Source: Nitrosopumilus sp.
GTDB taxonomy: Archaea; Thermoproteota; Nitrososphaeria; Nitrososphaerales; Nitrosopumilaceae
Reading direction: 5' to 3'
NCBI GenBank assembly: GCA_965205675.1
Contig: OZ242186.1
Coordinates: forward strand, 1,440,001 to 1,504,000
DNA: 64,000 nt
Positions 21,190-32,800 of the stretch are shown piece after piece (positions within the stretch are counted from its first letter, which is position 1; every line of letters begins with the position of its first letter). The notes below the pieces were generated by a model. It was given only the letters and a program-made list of their open reading frames with translations. It was not told the DNA's origin and did no database searches. The translations under genes were made by a program, and so were the position numbers.

Positions 21190-21756
21190 TTGATGGAAAA
21201 AATAATGGAATATCTTACAACATATCCCAAAACAGTGTCATTTTTTGATGGAATAAAACACAAGATTGACGTTGATAGTAAAAACGGCGTAGAGCAACTC
21301 CACATTGTTGTAAAAAAAAGTTTTGAAGAGTTGACAAAAATTTTTGCAGCCGAAGGATTTACCAAAGTTAAACTTGAACATAAACAACCAGATCAAATTG
21401 GAAGTGGCCTTAATCTAAAATTAAAAAAACCTTGGGAAATGCACATCAGGATGGTGGATTTGAAAAAAGAATTAATCGGAATTCATGCAGAAGTAGAAGT
21501 GTCTAGAGATTACCTGCAACATTTGTTTTCTCAGAGAACACCAGTAGTTTATGAAGTAGAAGAGATTTTAAAAAAATACCAAATAGACTACAATATTTGG
21601 CATGACAAAATTAAGAAAAATGTTCATACAATAGTAGATAATTACAAAGTTAAACTTGCCACACCGAGTATTCCAGTATTTGCATGGAAACCAATGTTAT
21701 TTGTTATTGGCACCATTGCAGCATTTTATGGTTGGAAATATTTTAACACAATCTGA
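21190..21756 (+). CDS. Hypothetical protein with C-terminal membrane anchor
   Basis: 188-aa ORF with terminal TM helix. Confidence 0.7.
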   Translation: MMEKIMEYLTTYPKTVSFFDGIKHKIDVDSKNGVEQLHIVVKKSFEELTKIFAAEGFTKVKLEHKQPDQIGSGLNLKLKKPWEMHIRMVDLKKELIGIHAEVEVSRDYLQHLFSQRTPVVYEVEEILKKYQIDYNIWHDKIKKNVHTIVDNYKVKLATPSIPVFAWKPMLFVIGTIAAFYGWKYFNTI

Positions 21757-21764
21757 CAGACAGG

Positions 21765-22118
21765 TTAAACACCTAGAGATTCAGCTTTACTTAGTTCCAA
21801 AAAGACTTTATCTCCTACTGAGAGTCCCATCTCCTTGTATTCATGCATTTCAAGTTTTAGTTGAGTAACTCCAGACGGCATTCCTGCTCCACCCATACCC
21901 GACATCATCTTGTTTAGGTCTTTCATCATATCATTCATGTTTGAGAATCCCATTACTTTTGGAGTTCCAAAAGGAGGTTGTTGAGGATTATGAGTCTCTT
22001 CTTTCAAATCCTTTAGTGAGGATAATGAAATTACAACATATGGCGCCCCATCAGGTGCAGAATCAATGCTTTTTACTACAAATTCTTTCTTCATGGCTAA
22101 ACTTGTATCTAATTCCAT
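21765..22118 (-). CDS. Hypothetical protein with Met/Gly-rich insert
   Basis: 117-aa ORF. Confidence 0.7.
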   Translation of the reverse strand: MELDTSLAMKKEFVVKSIDSAPDGAPYVVISLSSLKDLKEETHNPQQPPFGTPKVMGFSNMNDMMKDLNKMMSGMGGAGMPSGVTQLKLEMHEYKEMGLSVGDKVFLELSKAESLGV

Positions 22119-22198
22119 ATAATTTTAATTTTAAGGTCAATTTGCACTATATTTGACTAGTTTGAAGCTTTAATTACGATTTTTGGGATTTTAAGTCA

Positions 22199-22732
22199 TT
22201 GTCAGAGAATGTAAAAACAACATTACAATATTATGGAATTTCACCATGGGAGATTGAAGTAATATACGGATTTCTAAACTCACATTTTACCATAATTCAA
22301 GAAGAAATAGAAGTAAATGATGAAAATTTTGTTAGTTTCTTAGATATCGATATTCCATTACAATTCAACGAAGAGTTTTTCCAATGGTTTGATTTTAAGC
22401 GTTGGGAGAAAGTCAAGGCAGTTTTCAAAGAAATGAAACGACGACGTGGTAGTGGAAATGCATTAAAGATTGTAATTAATTTTTCGGGAAACCCAAAAAT
22501 TATTTTTACCATAGATATTGAAGATAAACAATGGTTTGATAATGCATTAGAAAAAATGGATTTTGTTTTAGAATTATTACCATATCATTTAGATCCCAAA
22601 AAAATTCCAAGAGATATTTCTGAAATCAGATACAAATTTGATGCAGAATCAATTAGATGGCGTATAAACACAGCTTTATCTGAGAACAAAAAATACACAT
22701 TCAGCGGAGATTCATGGAATGAAATTACTTGA
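22199..22732 (+). CDS. Hypothetical protein
   Basis: 177-aa ORF, host-like composition. Confidence 0.7.
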   Translation: MSENVKTTLQYYGISPWEIEVIYGFLNSHFTIIQEEIEVNDENFVSFLDIDIPLQFNEEFFQWFDFKRWEKVKAVFKEMKRRRGSGNALKIVINFSGNPKIIFTIDIEDKQWFDNALEKMDFVLELLPYHLDPKKIPRDISEIRYKFDAESIRWRINTALSENKKYTFSGDSWNEIT

Positions 22733-23165
22733 GATCTTTTTGCAAGGGTTTCAACAATTTACAATGTTCTTTATACTTTGATTTTAAAAACTCTAAAGCA
22801 TCAACAAGTTTTTTAGATTTTCCATACTTGTATCGAATTAATTCACGATGGTGCCAAAAAAAATTATTTTCATCAACAGATAATGTGGTAAAATAATCAG
22901 CACCTTTCAGAGAATCTGGCAATTTTATATCATGAGGAAATAGCAATTCTACAATAAACCATTCATCTCCATCAGGATAATCAGAACCAGTCTCTACATC
23001 AAAAAATACATGCAGTAAATCCGATTGCATGAGACCATCATCATGAATAAAAGGATGTTTGACATATGATTTTTTAAAATCTAGATTAAGTAATTGAGGT
23101 TCAAAGAAACCCTTGATAATGGATTTTCTAAATATTTTATTTGCTTCATTAACATTCAAATCCAA
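22725..23165 (-). CDS. Hypothetical protein
   Basis: 146-aa ORF convergent with the previous gene. Confidence 0.65.
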   Translation of the reverse strand: MDLNVNEANKIFRKSIIKGFFEPQLLNLDFKKSYVKHPFIHDDGLMQSDLLHVFFDVETGSDYPDGDEWFIVELLFPHDIKLPDSLKGADYFTTLSVDENNFFWHHRELIRYKYGKSKKLVDALEFLKSKYKEHCKLLKPLQKDLK

Positions 23166-23355
23166 AATAGTATTCTACAAAACTTGCCTATAACTTATTA
23201 GGTTATACTAGGATGGCCACTAATTCTTTGAAGGTAATCTAAGAGCAATGCCTTAGATAAGACACATTTGATATTGATTGAAGTAGTTGAGGCAATCTTT
23301 GTTTATAGATTTTATCTATGAATGTCTCACCTTCCTGAATTTTTATAGATTTTAT

Positions 23356-23660
23356 GAGACTTGGCATAATTAATTCTCATTTTTGATTAGTTTCTCAAAT
23401 TATTCAAATCAAAAAAGCTAAGGATCTTTACAATATTGTTTCATTGCAACATGAATACAAAATCCTCAGGCAAGGTATTCTCAGAGTCATTTCTTATTGG
23501 TGTGTTGCATTTGATAGAAACATTATCTCTGTATGAGGATGCAATGAGAAGATGACTGACCACAGGTCCATCCAACTGTTCTGATTTTATGCAGAGAAGA
23601 GTTATGATGCCAAATACATTAGAAATTATTTAAGATACAATGGAATTAGATGTTGTATTT
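23356..23660 (+). mobile_element. Decayed 5' part of an element related to the IS at 55596
   Basis: GAGAC..GCATAA.TAATTCT...CAAAAAAGCTAAGGATCTTTA shared with 55596-55670. Confidence 0.7.
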
Positions 23661-23699
23661 CATACAAAAAAAATTCCAAATTTATTGTACCAGAAAATA

Positions 23700-23865
23700 T
23701 GCAAAATGACAAGACGAGATTTGTAGTAAAACGATTCTTCTTTGCATGATTGAAAAATGGATTTCATGGAACACGGATTCAATACGAAAGAAATGCAGAA
23801 AACTATTTGGGATTAATCAACATTGCATCATTTTTGATGTATTGCAGGGTTTTAAGATGAGTTGA
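23700..23865 (+). mobile_element. IS5-family 3' remnant
   Basis: Reads RFFFA*LKNGFH..RIQYERNAENYLGLINIA, typical of IS5 transposase ends. Confidence 0.55.
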
Positions 23866-23979
23866 TCATGTGTTGTGTACATACTACAGTACATCAAAAC
23901 TCCGAAATTCTATCTTTCAATGATACAAGTCAAACTTGCATTCAATGCATTTTCTAATTTTTAAAACATAAGACATAAA

Positions 23980-24471
23980 CTAGAATCCTATGTCAAAATC
24001 AAATCCCCCGTCATCCATCCCTGGGTCTTCTGTATCAGGCATACTTTCTGCTGGAACATAATCGGACATTGTCATTCCCATCATGCTAAACATCATTGAA
24101 AACATCATCATATCCATTATGCCAAAAAACATCATAGCTGGAAGAAATGATTTGCTGTCTTCCATCTTTTGTTTTAATTTCTCTTTGTCTCCTGTTTTGT
24201 ATACTAGTGACATTTGTTCCCATTTTGTTTGTAATTCACGAATTCTTTCATCTACTTCTATGTCTCCTTTTTCTGTAGATGTGATTTCTACTTTCATTCC
24301 AAACAATCCTTTTCTTTCCAGAGCTTGGATGAATCCTTTTTTTTCTAATTGATCTAAAATTGAATTTAATTCATCCGGGGGGATCTGTGTTATTTTCTGA
24401 ATCTTATCAAATTTTTTAGATCCTCGCTTAATTGCCCCTAATACGATAAGATCTTTTGGTTCGGATTCCAC
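23980..24471 (-). CDS. Winged-helix protein with Met-rich C-terminus
   Basis: LIVLGAI...L..L..LEKKGFI...T.KG wHTH pattern. Confidence 0.7.
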   Translation of the reverse strand: MESEPKDLIVLGAIKRGSKKFDKIQKITQIPPDELNSILDQLEKKGFIQALERKGLFGMKVEITSTEKGDIEVDERIRELQTKWEQMSLVYKTGDKEKLKQKMEDSKSFLPAMMFFGIMDMMMFSMMFSMMGMTMSDYVPAESMPDTEDPGMDDGGFDFDIGF

Positions 24472-24553
24472 ATTTTTTTACTATTTTTCTTAGTAAAAAA
24501 TTTTTTGTTTATCAAAATTCAAAAATTATATTCTGCATGATTATTTGTTTTGT

Positions 24554-24967
24554 ATGGTACAAGAGATATCTTCTGATCAGGAAATTCGGAATATCCTCTC
24601 TGAAAACAGAGCAGCTACTGTGGGAGTATCTAAAGATTCATCAAAAACTGCTCATTGCATACCAAAATACTTTGAGGGCAATGGATCTGATATAACTCCT
24701 GTAAACCTTACTGCTAATGAAATTTTAGGCACAAATTGTTTTGATTCTATTTCTGAAATTAAAAGTCATATTGGTGTTGATGCATTCAGACATTTTGATC
24801 AGATTTTGTCTGTTATTGTTAAAGCAATAAAGAAAAGACCCAAAGTCATTGGTCTACAAGAAGAAAATCACAACATCGAAACTGAGAATTTAGCGCATCA
24901 AACGATAATCAAAATTATTTTCAATCGACGTATGCTAACAGAATATCAGGGATTTTTATCATCATGA
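24554..24967 (+). CDS. CoA-binding (YccU-like) protein, divergent and possibly decaying
   Basis: VGVS.D..K.AH..P.Y....G..I.PVN and LQE.. motifs, partly eroded. Confidence 0.6.
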   Translation: MVQEISSDQEIRNILSENRAATVGVSKDSSKTAHCIPKYFEGNGSDITPVNLTANEILGTNCFDSISEIKSHIGVDAFRHFDQILSVIVKAIKKRPKVIGLQEENHNIETENLAHQTIIKIIFNRRMLTEYQGFLSS

Positions 24968-25329
24968 CTGATTTTGAAAATTTTTATCATGATTTGTTAG
25001 CTCTTACAAAAAAACATGAAGATCAAAACGTGCCTTTAAAAATTGAGAAAGATCTTGAACATGACATAATCAAGATATTTGGAGAGAAAATTACTTCTTT
25101 ATCTAGAGCTCAAAACGGTCTTAATGATGTAACTGAACTCGCATATGCTACTGCAGAACATCATCCTTTTTGGAATTTGATTTACAACTGTTCGGAAATT
25201 ACAAATACTGTTCTAGAGAAATGGGAAGATTCTCTGTCTGAAGAGGATTTTTCTGATATTCGATGGGCAATTCAGGAATTAAATCAAACTCTTGAAAAAA
25301 TTAAGAATAAAAAATCCATCTATTCTTAG
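24964..25329 (+). CDS. Hypothetical protein
   Basis: 121-aa helical ORF overlapping the upstream stop (ATGA). Confidence 0.7.
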   Translation: MTDFENFYHDLLALTKKHEDQNVPLKIEKDLEHDIIKIFGEKITSLSRAQNGLNDVTELAYATAEHHPFWNLIYNCSEITNTVLEKWEDSLSEEDFSDIRWAIQELNQTLEKIKNKKSIYS

Positions 25330-25361
25330 GCTGAGATGAATATTCTACATGAATCATTATT

Positions 25362-25600
25362 GAACTCATCCTGATAATCTCCAATACATTATGATTGATA
25401 ACAAGTAAATAAATCCCAAATAATTCTTACAGTTCTTTTCATATCTGATGCTTGTTCTGCAAAATCCATTCTTCAGCAACCCAAAGAATCATTCCACAAC
25501 ATATTGAATTGTATTTCTTGCAGGATTTGGTTTCTAATGATTCACTATCCTTTCTAAATGAAATGCAATCTTTAATGTTTTTATTTTTGGTTCTGTCGGG
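25362..25600 (-). mobile_element. IS5-family 3' remnant
   Basis: Minus strand reads VE*FFGLLKNGFCRTSIRYEKNCKNYLGFI; related to 23700-23865. Confidence 0.55.
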
Positions 25601-25884
25601 TTATAGAGACCTGAAAAATATTTTTTTATTCTAATAAATTAGGTGATTAGACATATTCTATAGCGACGATCAAAAGTTCGTGAACTAAATAATTCCAAAA
25701 CAAGGACATAATTTGAACAGAGGAATCACATATGAATGGTCATCATTAGTAAATCGCATAAAACAGGTTGGAATTTTGGATTTTCTTTTCAAGTTTTAGA
25801 AATATTGGTATAGAAGCAGAGAGTCCAAGAACTGTAAAGAGAATGCTTTGCTGTTAGAGAATATTCTAGCCTAATATTTTATTT

Positions 25885-26790
25885 GGTGATTGGGTAAATC
25901 TTACCCCTAGATTATTATGGAATATTTTATGACAAATATACATGGATTTTGTATCTTTTGCAAAAATAATCTATGATGATATAACATCTCTAAAATTTAT
26001 AGAATCATGATGCTCTAAGAATGTTATTTGTAAGTTCTGCAACAGCAAACAAATCTATATCATGAAAAGTAGAAACCAATTGCGATGTAAAACCTGCAAG
26101 AAAGATTTCAAACCATTTACAAATTCAAATTTTTCAGTACTCAAAATCTCACATTCAAAATGGTTAGCGTTAATCAAACTCTTTGAATTATCAGTATCTG
26201 CAAAGACTGCATCAGAACAGATGCATCTAAGTTACAAGACAACTCTAAAAGCATTTGATGCAATCAGATATTCCATCTTAGCAGAACTAGCAAAGACTGA
26301 TCGTGTATTGAAAGGCAAAATTGAGGCTGACGAGGTACTATTTTGGAGGAAAAAGAGAGGGAAATCGTGGCAGAGGTGCTAAAAACAAGACCATTGTATT
26401 TGGCATATTGGAGAGAAGAGGAAAAGTGCATGTTGAGATTATCACCAATGTAAAAGCTAAGACATTGCTTGCAGGAACAATCAAGAAAGTAAAAAAAGGA
26501 AGCATTGTGTATGCGGACAAGTGGAGAGGTTATGATTCTCTGATTTTTAATGGATACAAGCATTTGTCCATTGACCACAGCAAGATGTTTGGCAAAGGAG
26601 ATGTATACATCAATGGGATTGAAGGGTTTTGGAGTTTTGCTAAAGAGAATATGGCAAAGTATCATGGAGTCAGTCCAGGTAAATTTTTACTATACCTCAA
26701 AGAGATGGAATGGAGATACAACAACGGAGATGAAGATACTTTCTCAGTATTACTTGATTATATGTTGGGGGTAAATAATTGATAATCACC
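25885..26790 (+). mobile_element. IS1595-family (ISXO2-like) element with pseudogenised transposase
   Basis: Imperfect IRs GGTGATT...TTACCCC; ORF 25942-26782 has a TGA at 26008 and a frameshift at EADE (~26335); motifs EADE.YFGG, D.WRGY, NGIEGFWS, YLKE.EWRYN. Confidence 0.85.
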
Positions 26791-26833
26791 TAAAATTTTA
26801 TTTTTGTAAATCATCACAAGTCTCAAAATATCA

Positions 26834-29800
26834 TCATTTTGCAATTCTAATGACGCGCTCTTCTATGAGAGTCTCAATGAGTTCGGTGAATTCCATATCA
26901 GTGAGATTGCCATCAGTGTAGTTACCTACATCATTAAGCAGCCACTGTGGATAGGTATCGATATCTTGCAGGCTTTTTGATTTTTCCCAGTCCTCATAGA
27001 CAATATAGTGGTTATCAATTAGATAGTCAATGGAATTAAAGAAGAATATGTCACGTGCAGGACTTCCATTCCACAATTTTAGATCAGACTTTATCCACAA
27101 AGGTATAGGATCAGTATTTTTTTGAACAGTCTTATCTGCTATGGGTCTTGGATCATCTTCTATTGCATTTAGAATATCAAGTGAACTCTGCTGTTCGCTA
27201 GTATACCCTGTACGATGATGGTATTTCTTTTCAACAAAGTCGTCACTTAGCGTTATGGTCTGAGTAAATGTGTCTCGTTTGTCTTTTGCTGTAACTGCAA
27301 AAGAGTCTGCATCAGAATTAATTGTGGCAGAGTATACGAGGTGCTGTTTCTCTGCTTCATTTGCAGAGGACTGTGGTGACTGCTCAGATGTCAGAGACAA
27401 TGCTGCCAGGTGCACGCCTGCATCAGTGCTGACAGAGACAGATGCTGGTCCGCATGTAGAGAGCAGTTCCACATTGACAGTGCTAGTTTCCCTGTCATAT
27501 CCTATACTGAATATTCGAAGCGAGATGCCCATTCCAAATCCCTTAGAGTCACAACTGGATTTGTTGATATCTTTGTGTAAGAATTCAGCGTGGGACTCTT
27601 CAGATACTGCCACGTTGATTCTGCCGCTACCGCCGCTAGAGGATGTGGGGGGTGGGGGAAGAGTGCCAGTACTAGTAATGAGGTTATTCTCTGAGGATAT
27701 AATGTTATTTTGTGCAGTGTCTCGTATGGCACCTGCTGCAATATCCAGATGCAAGTCATCACTGTTACTATTAGCGATGTAAGAGATTATCTCTTCTCGC
27801 TGCTGCTCAGTTACAGTTATTTCAAGTGTATCAGAGTTGGGACTAGCATGTATGGCACCAGCAAGGGATACAGACATGCTGCTACCTGTAGTGCCAGATA
27901 TTGTAAAGCTATCCACGGTGATATTATCAGGGTCTATTGTTTCTGAAAAGGTTACAGTTAGCAGACCTGTTACTTTGTGTATGACACCTGAGACAAAGGT
28001 TGGCTCAATCTGATCATCGACCATTTCAAGTGGGTTGTCTTCTGATGCTGCAATGCCATTTTCTGAAGTATCCTGTACGGCACCTTCTGCAATGTCTAGA
28101 TGCAGGTTATCACTAGTACCGGTGTAACCTATTACTCGCTGTCGTTGTTGCTCATTTAGAGTTATTGTAATGGTATGAGCAGAAATAGGGTCGATGGCAG
28201 ATGCTGTACCTGCAAGGGATACAGGTATGCTGTTACCTACAGTGTCAGATATTGTAAAGTTACCTACTATGATACTATCAGGGGATATTGTCTCTGAGAA
28301 ATTTACAGTCAGTACACCTGTGCCCTCTTGTACTACAGCAGAGACAAAGGTTGGCAGAATTGTATCACCAACACTTGTAATAGGATCATCTTCAGAAGCT
28401 GCAACATCATTTTCTGAAGTGTCCTGTACGGCGCCTTCTGCAATGTCTAGATGCAAGTTTGTGTCATTGTTATTAACAGTACCAGTGTAAGCTATTACTT
28501 GCTGTCGTTGTGTTTCAGTCAGAGTTATTGTAAGAGTATCAGTAGAGGTAGAATCAATGTCGGGTGTTGCACCTGCAAGGGACACTGGTGGTAGTGCGTT
28601 GCCAGTTACAGTATCAGATATTGTAAAGCTATCCACTGTAACATCAGAGTCAATTGCCTCTGAGAAGGTTACAGAGAGTACACCTGTGCCCTCTTGTACT
28701 ACAGCAGAAACAAATGTTGGCAGAATTGTATCAACAACCATTGTAATCTCGTTATCCACAGAAGCTGCAATGTTATTCTGTACAGTGTCTCGCACGGCAC
28801 CTGCTGCAATGTCAAGATGCAAGTTACCACCAGTGCCGGTGTAACCTATTACTTGCTGTCGCTGTGCCTCAGTCAGGGTTATTGTAATGGTGTCAGGGGA
28901 GCCAGGGTCAACGGCGGTCGCTAGACCTGCAAGGGATACGGGTGGTGATGCGTTGCTAGATATGGTATCAGATATTGTAAATCCGTCCACTGTGATATGA
29001 CTAGGGTCAATTGTCTCTGAGAAATTTACAGTCAGTACACCTGTGCCCTCTTGCATCACACCAGAGACAAATGTTGGCAGAATTGTATCAACAACCATTG
29101 TAATCTCGTTATCCACAGAAGCTGCAATGTTATTCTGTACAGTGTCTCGCACGGCACCTGCTGCAATGTCAAGATGCAAGTTACCACCAGTGCCGGTGTA
29201 ACCTATTACTTGCTGTCGCTGTGCCTCAGTCAGGGTTATTGTAATGGTGTCAGGGGAGCCAGGGTCAACGGCGGTCGCTAGACCTGCAAGGGATACGGGT
29301 GGTGATGCGTTGCTAGATATGGTATCAGATATTGTAAATCCGTTCACTGTGATATGACTAGGGTCAATTGTCTCTGAGAAATTTACAGTCAGTACACCTG
29401 TGCCCTCTTGCATCACACCAGAGACAAATGTTGGCAGAATTGTATCAACAACCATTGTAATCTCGTTATCCACAGAAGCTACAATGTTATTCTGTGCAGT
29501 GTCTCGCACGGCACCTGCTGCAATGTCAAGATGCAAGTTACCACCAGTGCCGGTGTAACCTATTACTTGCTGTCGCTGTGCCTCAGTCAGGGTTATTGTA
29601 ATGGTGTCAGGGGAGCCAGGGTCAACGGCGGTCGCTAGACCTGCAAGGGATACGGGTGGTGATGCGTTGCTAGATATGGTATCAGATATTGTAAATCCGT
29701 CCACTGTGATATGACTAGGGTCAATTGTCTCTGAGAAATTTACAGTCAGTACACCTGTGCCCTCTTGCATCACACCAGAGACAAATGTTGGCGGGATTGC

Positions 29801-32800
29801 ATCATTAGTTCTTATAATAAGATTATCCTCAGAAGCTGCAATGTTATTCTGTACAGTGTCTCGCACGGCACCTGCTGCAATGTCAAGATGCAATGAACCG
29901 GTATAAGGTAATATTAGCTGTCGCTGTGCCTCAGTCAGGGTTATTGTAAGGGTATCAGGAGCGCCAAAAATAATGGCGGGCGTTGCACCTGCAAGGGATA
30001 CGGAGAGACGTGCCTCAATGCCGCTCTCCAAATCATCAGTTATTGTAAATCTTTCCACCATGATATTACTAGGGTCAATTGTCTCTGAGAAGGTTACAAA
30101 GAGGACGCCTGCGCCCTCTTGTAGCACACCAAAGACAAATGTTGGCAGAATTGTATCAACAACCATTGTAATCTCGTTATCCACAGAAGCTGCAATGTTA
30201 TTCTGTACAGTGTCTCGCACGGCACCTGCTGCAATGTCAAGATGCAAGTTACCACCAGTGCCGGTGTAACCTATTACTTGCTGTCGCTGTGCCTCAGTCA
30301 GGGTTATTGTAATGGTGTCAGGGGAGCCAGGGTCAACGGCGGTCGCTAGACCTGCAAGGGATACGGGTGGTGATGCGTTGCTAGATATGGTATCAGATAT
30401 TGTAAATCTTTCCACCATGATATTACTAGGGTCAATTGTCTCTGAGAAATTTACAGTCAGTACACCTGTGCCCTCTTGCATCACACCAGAGACAAATGTT
30501 GGCAGAATTGTATCAACAACCATTGTAATCTCGTTATCCACAGAAGCTACAATGTTATTCTGTGCAGTGTCTCGCACGGCACCTGCTGCAATGTCAAGAT
30601 GCAAGTTACCACCAGTGCCGGTGTAACCTATTACTTGCTGTCGCTGTGCCTCAGTCAGGGTTATTGTAATGGTGTCAGGGGAGCCAGGGTCAACGGCGGT
30701 CGCTAGACCTGCAAGGGATACGGGTGGTGATGCGTTGCTAGATATGGTATCAGATATTGTAAATCCGTTCACTGTGATATGACTAGGGTCAATTGTCTCT
30801 GAGAAATTTACAGTCAGTACACCTGTGCCCTCTTGCATCACACCAGAGACAAATGTTGGCAGAATTGTATCAACAACCATTGTAATCTCGTTATCCACAG
30901 AAGCTGCAATGTTATTCTGTACAGTGTCTCGCACGGCACCTGCTGCAATGTCAAGATGCAAGTTACCACCAGTGCCGGTGTAACCTATTACTTGCTGTCG
31001 CTGTGCCTCAGTCAGGGTTATTGTAATGGTGTCAGGGGAGCCAGGGTCAACGGCGGTCGCTAGACCTGCAAGGGATACGGGTGGTGATGCGTTGCTAGAT
31101 ATGGTATCAGATATTGTAAATCTTTCCACCATGATATTACTAGGGTCAATTGTCTCTGAGAAATTTACAGTCAGTACACCTGTGCCCTCTTGCATCACAC
31201 CAGAGACAAATGTTGGCAGAATTGTATCAACAACCATTGTAATCTCGTTATCCACAGAAGCTACAATGTTATTCTGTGCAGTGTCTCGCACGGCACCTGC
31301 TGCAATGTCAAGATGCAAGTTACCACCAGTGCCGGTGTAACCTATTACTTGCTGTCGCTGTGCCTCAGTCAGGGTTATTGTAATGGTGTCAGGGGAGCCA
31401 GGGTCAACGGCGGTCGCTAGACCTGCAAGGGATACGGGTGGTGATGCGTTGCTAGATATGGTATCAGATATTGTAAATCCGTTCACTGTGATATGACTAG
31501 GGTCAATTGTCTCTGAGAAATTTACAGTCAGTACACCTGTGCCCTCTTGCATCACACCAGAGACAAATGTTGGAGCTGTAGTGTCAAGGGTTACAGTAAC
31601 AGGATCAGAGAGTGCAGACTTATTACCTGCGGTATCAGTAGCTATAACAGTCAATTCGTTATTGCCTTGGACTAGCGTAAATGAGTCAAATGACCAAGTA
31701 CCGTCAGATGCAGCTGTTGTGCTTCTACCAGGTACTTCATTAGAGTTTCTTAATAACTGGACTGTGGAGCCAGGCTCAGCAGTACCTGAAATGTCAATTG
31801 ACTCTGTGTTGACAGTTGAAGTAGATGGCGACGTAATGATTGGTATAATATTCACAGCTACGGAGATGGTCTGAGATACAGTACTTTGTCCATCAGATAC
31901 AATAACATCAAAGGTGTGTGTACCGGCTTGTAATTCAGTTGGAGTCCATGAGAATGCGCCTGTGTTACTATTGATGGTAGCACCTTCAGGTTCATCATTC
32001 AGAGAATATACAAGTACATCAGCATCATCAGCGTCACTGGCTGATACAATAAAGGTTAGCGGTATATTGGCAATTGCTGATTGCGGAGTTGTAATGGGAC
32101 TGATTACCGGCACTGCATTGAGATCTCCCACAGTTAGCGTAAAGCTATCAGATGCAGAGTCGTCAGAATCTGACCCACTGACTATAAAATTAAATTCTTT
32201 GAGAAACTCAGAATCACTAGTAATTACATCAAATGGAGGATTAGATATAATCTGATCACCATTAATGGTCAACCAATCAGGAACTGCTTCGTTATCAGTT
32301 GTAGTTAATGTAAATGTTGGATTTGTAAAACCAGTGTGTGAGATATTAATAATGGACTGGATACCTTCAAATGAAAAAGAATCTTCTACAAATACAAATG
32401 GTGATACAATATCCACAGCTACGGAGATGGTCTGAGATACAGTACTTTGTCCATCAGATACAAAAACATCAAAGGTGTGTGTACCGGCTTGTAATTCAGT
32501 TGGAGTCCATGAGAATGCGCCTGTGTTACTATTGATGGTAGCACCTTCAGGTTCATCATTCAGAGAATATACAAGTACATCAGCATCATCAGCGTCACTG
32601 GCTGATACAATAAAGGTTAGCGGTATATTGGCAATTGCTGATTGCGGAGTTGTAATGGGACTGATTACCGGCACTGCATTGAGATCTCCCACAGTTAGCG
32701 TAAAGCTATCAGATGCAGAGTCGTCAGAATCTGACCCACTGACTATAAAATTAAATTCTTTGAGAAACTCAGAATCACTAGTAATTACATCAAATGGAGG

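Noticed and set aside
26321-26382. Programmed frameshift in the IS1595 and IS110 transposases
   Set aside because: No slippery heptamer at the junctions, these families are normally single-ORF, and IS1595 also has an upstream stop; treated as mutations or sequencing errors.
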